This document shows, piece after piece, positions 57,240 to 64,000 of a DNA stretch of 64,000 nt (within the stretch, counting starts at the first letter, position 1; every line of letters starts with the position of its first letter). A model generated the notes under the pieces. It saw only the letters and a list, made by a program, of their open reading frames with translations, had not been told where the DNA came from and did not search any database. The translations under genes were made by a program, and so were the position numbers. This DNA comes from a virus. The stretch lies in IMG/VR virus record IMGVR_UViG_3300031519_004866. The stretch is one strand, 5' to 3'.

Positions 57240-57407
57240 CTACCATAACCCTATAGTTTTTCCGTTTCCAATAATAATGAAAAAGCAGGTTACGATGTGT
57301 ATGATCCACCAAAAGGTTCGTACCACCGCAACCATGTCAGCTTGACTATCAGTCTCGCCTACTTTTTCACCCAGACTTTTAGCCCAGATTCTCCACACCT
57401 TCTTCAT
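57240..57407 (-). CDS. Small membrane protein (55 aa)
   Basis: MKKVWRIWAKSLGEKVGETDSQADMVAVVRTFWWIIHIVTCFFIIIGNGKTIGLW; ATGA coupling to HD gene. Confidence 0.75.
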   Translation of the reverse strand: MKKVWRIWAKSLGEKVGETDSQADMVAVVRTFWWIIHIVTCFFIIIGNGKTIGLW

Positions 57408-57928
57408 ACATCTCCTGTGATGTACTTGTTAACAATATCAAATGCTTTTGCTCTGAGACTTGCATCTCCTTTGTCCATAACATCTAACAATAATTTCTTT
57501 TCTTGCATAAACACTTTGGCAAAGCTAGGATCATGTTTGATGATACTAGATGAGTTAGCAATTAAATCGGCGTACTTGATAGTCTGCGCATCAGCAGAAG
57601 CAGCAGCAGAGTGATCTCTATCTTTTGCTTTTCTTACAGCTCTATTACCGTCTTCTGGTGTAGAGATATCTGTAAGATCTGATACAAGTGCAGCAACCTT
57701 TTCGCCAAATGCTTCTGTAATAAGCTCGATGCTTGTAGGAGTATCCTCAACTACATCGTGCAATACAGCAGCCATTAACATTTCAGTCGAGTGGGGAACA
57801 GTCCGTACAATACCCATAACTTCTAATGGGTGACCGATGTACGGAGCACCAGTGTACTTGCGCTTTTGCCCTGTGTGAGCAACAGTAGCAAGATGAATAG
57901 CTCTGTCTAATGGGCGCATAATGCTCAT
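57404..57928 (-). CDS. RelA/SpoT-type HD hydrolase (small alarmone hydrolase, Mesh1-like)
   Basis: AH.GQ.RK....PY..HP..V, AAVLHDVVEDT, V..LTD, IK.AD...N. Confidence 0.88.
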   Translation of the reverse strand: MSIMRPLDRAIHLATVAHTGQKRKYTGAPYIGHPLEVMGIVRTVPHSTEMLMAAVLHDVVEDTPTSIELITEAFGEKVAALVSDLTDISTPEDGNRAVRKAKDRDHSAAASADAQTIKYADLIANSSSIIKHDPSFAKVFMQEKKLLLDVMDKGDASLRAKAFDIVNKYITGDV

Positions 57929-57960
57929 ATCATACTCCTGTTCTGTTTGTTTATACTATG

Positions 57961-57989
57961 ATTATACAATCTATCAACTAGAATGTCAA
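57961..57989 (-). promoter_or_regulatory. Consensus sigma70 early promoter for HD hydrolase operon
   Basis: TTGACA-N17-TATAAT, perfect match. Confidence 0.85.
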
Positions 57990-58222
57990 GCAAATTTTAA
58001 TAAAAAAATCATCTTTTCTTGGTCTGTTGAGAACTCAGCTGTGAGTTTGTATATATGGCCGTACGAGTAATCGTCAGCATTTCTTGTCCACTTTATTCTA
58101 GCGTTGTCCATGCAATATTTGCCAGCGGGTGTTTGCTGCCATTCGAATATTGCTGATTGAGCATAAAGATCTGGATCTTCAACATCGCCCATTTTGAATT
58201 CATGTACAAGTGTGCCAGCCAT
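57986..58222 (-). CDS. Hypothetical phage protein
   Basis: F.M.DVEDP.LYA...I.EW; TAATG coupling. Confidence 0.72.
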   Translation of the reverse strand: MAGTLVHEFKMGDVEDPDLYAQSAIFEWQQTPAGKYCMDNARIKWTRNADDYSYGHIYKLTAEFSTDQEKMIFLLKFA

Positions 58223-58509
58223 TAATCACCAGTAAAGTCGAAGTCTTCTCCTTCGGGTCCATATTGATTCATTAAGATGTGTTTACCAATTTCAAACAAC
58301 CCAACGCCGCCGGCAATATCACCAACGCTGGTCCAAATAACAGCATTACCTGATTGATCTAAACTTGCGCCAACAAATTCGATAATTTCACCGTCTTTAA
58401 CTCGTTTGCGTAGTGAGTCAACTATCTCCAATCGACTTTTAATATCGTCACTAAGCTCTTCTTGACTGTTGTTGAAACTAACAACTTTCATATCTACTTC
58501 CTTATCCAT
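58222..58509 (-). CDS. Hypothetical phage protein
   Basis: Coupled ORF with SD. Confidence 0.72.
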   Translation of the reverse strand: MDKEVDMKVVSFNNSQEELSDDIKSRLEIVDSLRKRVKDGEIIEFVGASLDQSGNAVIWTSVGDIAGGVGLFEIGKHILMNQYGPEGEDFDFTGD

Positions 58510-58524
58510 GTAGCAAATTCCTTC

Positions 58525-59082
58525 TTATAGGATATGATCCGCAATTTTAAGTTTGATCAGATCTTTTGCGGTGTAATACTGATCACTTGGGCTATCAAAA
58601 TATTCTTTAACTTTTGCTAAACTATATCCTGTAGCGTCTCTTAGAATGTGTAAACTACGATACTCGCAGTTATTATTTTCAATCATAGCTGACTTCATGT
58701 CGTGCAACTTTGATTCTATATGATCTGAGTGTTGATGATTCATAATACCTGTGTTCTTACCAATGTATCTATGTCCTTGTTCACCACTTGCAAATATTAA
58801 AAACCCTGCACTCATAACAGCACCAACACCGTATGTTGCAATGTTATGCCTACTTTGTTTCATAATATCAATAAGTGCAAATGCTTCATATACTTCGCCA
58901 CCATAGGTGTTAATATACAGTTTTAGAGTACGTTTTGGTTTAATCTTTAAGTTTGCACTTAGTATCCATTTGATTGCTGGTGCTACTGTTTCAGCACTAA
59001 TGTCTCCGTTGAGATAGAAAATATCGTTGTCTACTAGACTTTTGTCTATAGCGTCTGATGCTGTCCAGTTGTCATATTGCAT
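58525..59082 (-). CDS. clpP: ClpP-like protease subunit
   Basis: LYINT.GG.V, MSAG (Ser), M.HQ (His), D..Y.A (Asp); TAAATA at 59112-59117. Confidence 0.88.
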   Translation of the reverse strand: MQYDNWTASDAIDKSLVDNDIFYLNGDISAETVAPAIKWILSANLKIKPKRTLKLYINTYGGEVYEAFALIDIMKQSRHNIATYGVGAVMSAGFLIFASGEQGHRYIGKNTGIMNHQHSDHIESKLHDMKSAMIENNNCEYRSLHILRDATGYSLAKVKEYFDSPSDQYYTAKDLIKLKIADHIL

Positions 59083-59119
59083 AAAGTGTTACCTTTAAAT
59101 TAATGTACGCATATTTAGT

Positions 59120-59323
59120 TTAGATTTTAATACCAGCTTGTTCATTATGATCACTGCCATATTTTAGTCCAAAAAGTGTTGCATCTCTTGAGTTTTTAAA
59201 ATACCATGTACCGCTTCTATTATAAAACTTAGACTCACAGTTTTCTAAGCACCAACACAGCTTTTCATTAGTGTCAGTTGATTTTACTATACTCCAGTCT
59301 TTTATTATAGTATGTAGGTCCAT
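59120..59323 (-). CDS. Hypothetical protein (67 aa)
   Basis: W..ENC ... WYF...DA..F.L.Y; own promoter. Confidence 0.7.
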   Translation of the reverse strand: MDLHTIIKDWSIVKSTDTNEKLCWCLENCESKFYNRSGTWYFKNSRDATLFGLKYGSDHNEQAGIKI

Positions 59324-59329
59324 TGTTTT

Positions 59330-59358
59330 ATTGTAGCATAGTTGCTAATTGATGTCAA
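59330..59358 (-). promoter_or_regulatory. Sigma70 promoter, leaderless geometry
   Basis: TTGACA-N17-TACAAT, then 6 nt, then ATG(59323). Confidence 0.72.
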
Positions 59359-59406
59359 GTTATATTATGCTATAAAAATGCTAAATACGTATGGAGCGTA
59401 GAAATT

Positions 59407-59685
59407 ATGGACTTTTTAACAATTGTTAGTGAAGTAGGTTTTCCAATTGCAGGTGCCCTTGCAGCCGGATTCTTTGTGTTTTTAACACTGAAATTTATAT
59501 TGGCGGGCGTAACTGATAGTGTAAAAACACTAAAAGGTATTATTGGATCACTTGACAATCGTGTTCAAACTATGAACAATGATTTGGTTAAAATAGATGC
59601 TCTATTAAGTTATGCACTAGGCGTGAAACCAAACATAGATCGAATAGCAGCAAACGAAGGTAAGGAGGATGCTCGACGTGATTAA
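59407..59685 (+). CDS. Small membrane protein, GFPI motif (paralog A)
   Basis: VGFPIAGA...FF.F TM helix then coiled coil; SD GGAG; TAAATA at 59382-59387. Confidence 0.75.
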   Translation: MDFLTIVSEVGFPIAGALAAGFFVFLTLKFILAGVTDSVKTLKGIIGSLDNRVQTMNNDLVKIDALLSYALGVKPNIDRIAANEGKEDARRD

Positions 59686-59872
59686 GATAACGCTGAACGG
59701 TAAAGAATTTGAAGTTGAAGCAAATAGTGTTTCACAAGGAATAAAACTTATTCGTGAACAACAAGAATCTAATAAACTAGGATTCAGTAATGTACAAGAA
59801 ATGAAATGGGCAAAAGCAAATGGATTTGCTGATAAAGCTGCATGGTGGGCAGCAGAACAACTAAAAGGATAA
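59669..59872 (+). CDS. Hypothetical protein
   Basis: Coupled ORF, SD GGAGG. Confidence 0.65.
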   Translation: MLDVIKITLNGKEFEVEANSVSQGIKLIREQQESNKLGFSNVQEMKWAKANGFADKAAWWAAEQLKG

Positions 59873-59878
59873 TACACT

Positions 59879-60094
59879 ATGATGTGGGTTGATTACACTA
59901 TTAATAGCATACCCGGCGGCAACGGCTTTAAGGTAGAAGGTGACACGCCAACTGAAGTAATGGACAAAGGCTTGTACAAACCAGGTGACGTGTTCGTTGT
60001 AAACGAAAATGGCTGGCTAGTTAAGTCAGATGAACTAGCTGTAATGATAATGAAACACAAGGCGAAAACAGATGAAGAAAAACTTTCCCAATAA
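59879..60094 (+). CDS. Hypothetical phage protein
   Basis: MMWVDY.I ... LYKPGDVF.V...GWL. Confidence 0.7.
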   Translation: MMWVDYTINSIPGGNGFKVEGDTPTEVMDKGLYKPGDVFVVNENGWLVKSDELAVMIMKHKAKTDEEKLSQ

Positions 60095-60233
60095 TACAGA
60101 TTTCTATAAAAGTCAAAATGCATCAACACAAGCATATTTAGATAGAACACCAATTTGGCATGATAGAGATGTGTTACTTGTAGCAATTGGAAGTGCATTA
60201 ATAGGCTTCATTGCAGGCATAATAATTTTATGA
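60072..60233 (+). CDS. Small C-terminally anchored protein (53 aa)
   Basis: MKKNFPNNTDFYKSQNASTQAYLDRTPIWHDRDVLLVAIGSALIGFIAGIIIL; ATGA coupling to 60230. Confidence 0.65.
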   Translation: MKKNFPNNTDFYKSQNASTQAYLDRTPIWHDRDVLLVAIGSALIGFIAGIIIL

Positions 60234-60556
60234 ATCTAGACTTAGTAACAGCTATTAAGGACTTTGGTTTTCCTATCATAGCCGCAATGGGTATGGGATA
60301 TTTTATCTATTTTATATGGAAATGGGTAACTGAAACTATCGATCCTGTTATTGGTGAAACTATGGGTACACTAATACGACTTGTTGATCGTGTGCGTATG
60401 TTAGATAACGACATGATACGCCTAAACAGTAAATTAAGTATGGTATTAGAACATCGTGCTAAATTAGATCCAGTTGCTCAAGAAGAGCTTGATGATCTAG
60501 TGTCTAAGTATCAAAGCCTTAGCGAGCAATTTGATAGCACCGGAAAGGAAAAGTAG
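60230..60556 (+). CDS. Small membrane protein, GFPI motif (paralog B)
   Basis: FGFPIIAA.GMGYFIYF, R...LDND..R. Confidence 0.75.
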   Translation: MNLDLVTAIKDFGFPIIAAMGMGYFIYFIWKWVTETIDPVIGETMGTLIRLVDRVRMLDNDMIRLNSKLSMVLEHRAKLDPVAQEELDDLVSKYQSLSEQFDSTGKEK

Positions 60557-60934
60557 TTGGAACTTGTTCTACTTTCATTACTATTAATAAAGCACACTAT
60601 AGTTGACCTTGCACTACAGTATTACCTAAAGGGTCAACAAAAACTACAGTGGTTAAATCCTAAAGCACATATTCACTATGCACAACACGGTATAGGCACA
60701 CTAATTGTTACAGTTCCTCTTACTGGGGATTTGTTGGTTTCTGCATTAGTTTCGCTTTTAGACTATCTAATTCATTGGCACGTTGATTGGGCAAAGCATC
60801 ATTGGATTGCTCGACACGGTTGGAGCTCTGCTGATAGTGGTTATTGGTGGGCTGCTGCGATTGATCAGGCTCTGCATTACTTAACTTACTGCGCAATCGT
60901 ATTGTTACTTGCAAGTCATGTATACGTCTTCTAA
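60557..60934 (+). CDS. DUF3307-like membrane protein
   Basis: KH...D..LQ, H...HG.GT, H...D..K, DQ.LH His pattern; TTG start. Confidence 0.75.
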   Translation: MELVLLSLLLIKHTIVDLALQYYLKGQQKLQWLNPKAHIHYAQHGIGTLIVTVPLTGDLLVSALVSLLDYLIHWHVDWAKHHWIARHGWSSADSGYWWAAAIDQALHYLTYCAIVLLLASHVYVF

Positions 60935-60972
60935 TATTAATAACTTTATCATCTAAACTTAACTGCTTAAAA

Positions 60973-63024
60973 TTACTTGGTCGTTGCAATGAAAACTCCA
61001 TTCCAATCTTCAGGTAAGTCTTGTGTCTTTTGGAATTCACAACGTTCTATCCACATTGTATAATAGCCTTCTAATTGACCACTAAAGTGTCTTTTTAGTT
61101 TTTCACAAATCCAAATTGCTTCATCAAACTTTTGAGCTCTATATGCTTCATACATACGCTGGTGCATGTTTTGGCTTTTATATTCAGCTTTTGTGCCTTT
61201 AACGTCTAGCACTGTCCATATCCCAATGCCTACAGTTTTTCCTTTAACTGCTAGGTCGTCTATCTTTAAGTAGAAGAAGTCGTCTTTAGTAGTTTGGTAT
61301 GTCGCATCTCCAACAAGTAATACACATCCGTACTCTTTACATTTGCTTTCAATACGAGCGGCTGTACTAACTGCATCTCCGAGGACATCATAACTGTGTC
61401 GGGCTGTTGAACCCATCTCGCCAAGATAGCCAAGACCAGTATTAATGCCAGCCCCCATACCCACTGGGGGTCTTCCTTCTTTGGTAATCTTATCATTAAA
61501 TATCTCCACTGCTTTTAACATATCCAATCCACATTGTACCGCCGTTCTAGGATGATGTGGATCTTCAATTGGTGCATTGTGTATGTGCATACTTGCGTCA
61601 CCAATATACTTAATAACCATACCGTCTGCATCTAGTATGGGCTGTGTAATAGCGTCCATGTAGCCATTCATAATTTTAGTTAGGCCTTTTACATCATCAC
61701 CAAATGATTCACCTAGTGGAGTAAAGCCTCTTAGGTCTGAGAAACAAATTGAAACTTCTTTCTTCATACCGTCTTTGATTAGTTCAGGATTTTCTTGTAG
61801 TAGTCTTACTACTGTTGGTGATGCATATCCAGCGAACTGTTTCTTAATTGCTTGTTTTTGGAAATACTCGTTTACAAATCGGTTAAACACTGCATGAAAG
61901 CCAACAAATGTACTTACTAGTAGTACCCAACTAACGTCCCATAGCTGTAACTGCCCTTTAAACAGCGTGTAAGCACCGTACAAGCACGTTGCATATATCA
62001 CAAGTAGCAATGCTCCAACTACATAATACGGTGCAAAAACAGCAGCAATTATAAGAATAACACCAATTGCAATAGATGCAATGTACTCTACAAATGTAGC
62101 ATAATCAAAACGTACAATGTTATCTCCACTAATAATAGTTTGGAGAGCTGTTGCTCCTGCAACATGACTATACATTTCTCCTTTTGGAGTACCAATCACA
62201 CCTCCTAGTCCTTCTGCTGTTATACCAATAATAACAGTTTTTCCTGCTAGACTAGAGTAGTCTTCATTTGCAGCACTAAGTGTGCTAAACTCTTTATTCC
62301 AACGCAACCAAATTCTAGCATTTGGGTCTGTTTTAATAGTTGCATACGCAGGAACTCGTAACGCAATAATTCCGCCTGGTCCTGTTTTAACTTGATAACT
62401 AGGATCTCCAACAGCAACTCTAATAGTTTCTAATGCAATTGCAGGATATACTTCTTCTCCTACTCTCATCAACAATGGCATACGTCTTACAACACCATCG
62501 ATCTCTGGAGCAGTATTAATAACACCAACACCAGCAGCAACATCGCCTAACTCAGGTATAGGTCCAAGCATGCCTGGCCACTCAAATAACCAAGGAAACG
62601 GATCTCCTATTTTAGCAACACCTCTTGGCACTGCATTTTTGTTTGTTTGAGTTGTTCCTACTTGTGCAATAACAACACCGTTGTCTTTAAGTGCAAAAAC
62701 TAAATCGTTGTCGCCTTGCAATCTATCTGACTCAGAAAACAGTATTGGCATTACAATAATACCAGCGCCTGCTTCTCGCAATTTGTAAATAATATCTGCT
62801 AGTACATCACGCTTCCAAGGCCACTGTCCGTATTGCTGTATAGACGCTTCGTCTATTTCTAGTATTGCAACATCTTGAGATTGTTCTGGAGTGTCGTACT
62901 GTTGTATAAGATCAAATGACTTCAGTCGCATTGTTTCTTTAACAAAAGGATCATTAAATCCTAAAATGCTAATAACAGCCAATGTAATTACTGCTGTGAA
63001 CCAATGTGTAATATATTTGCCCAT
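60973..63024 (-). CDS. CHASE2-domain class III adenylate/guanylate cyclase
   Basis: IDE.SI..YGQWPW.R, D.DGVVRR, three TM helices, FSDLRGFT, KYIGDA, G.GINTG, YDVLGD.V..AAR.ES. Confidence 0.92.
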   Translation of the reverse strand: MGKYITHWFTAVITLAVISILGFNDPFVKETMRLKSFDLIQQYDTPEQSQDVAILEIDEASIQQYGQWPWKRDVLADIIYKLREAGAGIIVMPILFSESDRLQGDNDLVFALKDNGVVIAQVGTTQTNKNAVPRGVAKIGDPFPWLFEWPGMLGPIPELGDVAAGVGVINTAPEIDGVVRRMPLLMRVGEEVYPAIALETIRVAVGDPSYQVKTGPGGIIALRVPAYATIKTDPNARIWLRWNKEFSTLSAANEDYSSLAGKTVIIGITAEGLGGVIGTPKGEMYSHVAGATALQTIISGDNIVRFDYATFVEYIASIAIGVILIIAAVFAPYYVVGALLLVIYATCLYGAYTLFKGQLQLWDVSWVLLVSTFVGFHAVFNRFVNEYFQKQAIKKQFAGYASPTVVRLLQENPELIKDGMKKEVSICFSDLRGFTPLGESFGDDVKGLTKIMNGYMDAITQPILDADGMVIKYIGDASMHIHNAPIEDPHHPRTAVQCGLDMLKAVEIFNDKITKEGRPPVGMGAGINTGLGYLGEMGSTARHSYDVLGDAVSTAARIESKCKEYGCVLLVGDATYQTTKDDFFYLKIDDLAVKGKTVGIGIWTVLDVKGTKAEYKSQNMHQRMYEAYRAQKFDEAIWICEKLKRHFSGQLEGYYTMWIERCEFQKTQDLPEDWNGVFIATTK

Positions 63025-63028
63025 ACTG

Positions 63029-63034
63029 TATTTA
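63029..63034 (-). promoter_or_regulatory. Late-type promoter, near-leaderless (TAAATA-N4-ATG)
   Basis: TAAATA cagt ATG(63024), no SD. Confidence 0.55.
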
Positions 63035-63253
63035 TTAATGATCGTACACGTTAGGACCGTCTTGTACTTTTACAGGCTTACAATATGCTGTAAGTCTATG
63101 TTCTTCTGGTACTAGATAACTGTGGTCATAGTTTCCGTACTGTCTTGGTATACGTACAGCATAATATTGGCAAACATCAATGCTTCTAAAGTACATAGGA
63201 CTAGGTTGTTGCTTGCCTGCTATTAATACTACTAACATAAATGCATGTATCAA
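63035..63253 (-). CDS. Hypothetical small protein
   Basis: M.F.SI..C.YYA ... AYC.P; Cys pair. Confidence 0.7.
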   Translation of the reverse strand: MIHAFMLVVLIAGKQQPSPMYFRSIDVCQYYAVRIPRQYGNYDHSYLVPEEHRLTAYCKPVKVQDGPNVYDH

Positions 63254-63736
63254 TTATATCATTCCTTTTGCTTTTGCTATAAAATACACAATGCCAAACA
63301 GTATTGCACAACCTGCTAACATTAGTGCAATAATTGCTACTCCGTTTACAAATGCTTGTCTAGCTTCTGCTGCTGCATATACTTGTTTCTGTCGGTCAGC
63401 ACGTATCTTACGTTGCATCTCTTTTAGTTCGTCCCAGGTGCCAAAGCCAAAACGCATGTTTAGCATTTGCTGTAGTTCTAGTTGCATCTCCAGAACTTTC
63501 TTTTCATGGATTAATAGATTCAGTGCTTCTTCTTCGACTGACCCTGCAGCCAAAAGTTTTCTGAATATAGGAGGGTTCTTTTGCATCTCCTTTCCTTTAC
63601 GGAAGTCAGATACTGCACTGTACCATTTGCCCATTTGCCCCATGCAGTTTTCAAAATCTTGACCTGCGTGTACAAATTTCTTAATCGTATTAAATGCCGT
63701 GGTGGCTGCTGCTACTGCTGTAAACGGATCTATCAT
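63254..63736 (-). CDS. Hypothetical membrane protein
   Basis: MIDP.TA.A.AT.AF..IK; C-terminal TM helix; SD GGAG. Confidence 0.78.
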   Translation of the reverse strand: MIDPFTAVAAATTAFNTIKKFVHAGQDFENCMGQMGKWYSAVSDFRKGKEMQKNPPIFRKLLAAGSVEEEALNLLIHEKKVLEMQLELQQMLNMRFGFGTWDELKEMQRKIRADRQKQVYAAAEARQAFVNGVAIIALMLAGCAILFGIVYFIAKAKGMI

Positions 63737-63765
63737 TGTCGCTCCTTCCGTCTGTTCAGCTGTAT

Positions 63766-63900
63766 TTATGTGTTTCTTTTAGGTTTGGGGGATCTCTTCT
63801 TGCTACGTTTTTTAATTATCTGTAGTGTTGATAAATGTTTATCTTCTTCGTGCTGACGCAATAACTTTTCTATATGTTTTTGAAATTCTTTGTCAGTCAT
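63766..63900 (-). CDS. Small basic protein (44 aa)
   Basis: MTDKEFQKHIEKLLRQHEEDKHLSTLQIIKKRSKKRSPKPKRNT, starts right after upstream stop. Confidence 0.5.
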   Translation of the reverse strand: MTDKEFQKHIEKLLRQHEEDKHLSTLQIIKKRSKKRSPKPKRNT

Positions 63901-63999
63901 TTAGTATTGAGTAACAGTAACCGCACATCCACCTAATGTAACACAACTTCCAGTTAGACTGTAAGTTTGTGCATTTGCTGAATTTTGTGTAGTTGATAT
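63901..63999 (-). CDS. C-terminus of a possible curlin-repeat-like protein (partial)
   Basis: ...ISTTQNSANAQTYSLTGSCVTLGGCAVTVTQY-stop; 5' part outside window. Confidence 0.45.
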   Translation of the reverse strand: MSTTQNSANAQTYSLTGSCVTLGGCAVTVTQY

Positions 64000-64000
64000 A

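Noticed and set aside
57297-57614. 105-aa plus-strand ORF
   Set aside because: Antisense to the HD hydrolase and the small membrane gene; no expression signals
59391-59429. Short uORF after TAAATA (N3 spacing) overlapping 59407
   Set aside because: Spacing differs from the N5 pattern and the downstream gene has a good SD; probably chance
60720-61040. 106-aa minus-strand ORF overlapping the cyclase end
   Set aside because: Out-of-frame overlap with the cyclase and antisense to DUF3307; no motif or SD
1-64000. Stop-codon reassignment, introns, inteins, CRISPR arrays, integrase
   Set aside because: Standard code gives near-complete coding density; no splice or intein motifs or repeat-spacer arrays recognised

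Overview
AT-rich, gene-dense 64 kb segment of a large lytic tailed phage (myovirus/T4-like regulatory logic; host probably a Gram-negative proteobacterium, inferred from kdsA/kdsB, rpoZ, iscA and perfect sigma70 promoters). Standard genetic code; no CRISPR array, integrase, intron or intein seen. Layout: (1) 1-14 kb, minus-strand morphogenesis operon (2218-aa fibre, gp9/10-like fibres, baseplate-like protein) ending in a DnaE fragment and GroES; (2) 14-23.5 kb, auxiliary genes (iscA, uvsE, PMM, glycosyltransferases, kdsA, queD, thyX, Hc1-like); (3) 23.6-50.2 kb, a 27 kb tailoring-enzyme island in 7 alternating-strand cassettes (10 radical SAM, 10 2OG-Fe(II)/cupin oxygenases, QueC-like, amidinotransferase, PLP enzyme, 2 kinase-like, 2 SDRs, epimerase, methyl-, acetyl- and glycosyltransferase-like); (4) 50-59 kb, fibre paralog, more oxygenases, RNAP omega homolog, FkbM methyltransferase, tRNA-Thr, kdsB, RelA/SpoT-type hydrolase, ClpP; (5) 59-64 kb, small membrane proteins and a CHASE2 nucleotide cyclase. 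Main observations: a TAA(A/G)TA-N5-ATG signature suggesting leaderless late transcripts, back-to-back at every divergent junction inside the island; an omega plus alarmone-hydrolase pair under early promoters; a pseudoknot covering the queD ribosome-binding site; and a CMP-Kdo pathway with a sialyltransferase-like candidate transferase. All family assignments are by motif recognition only; no database searches were run.
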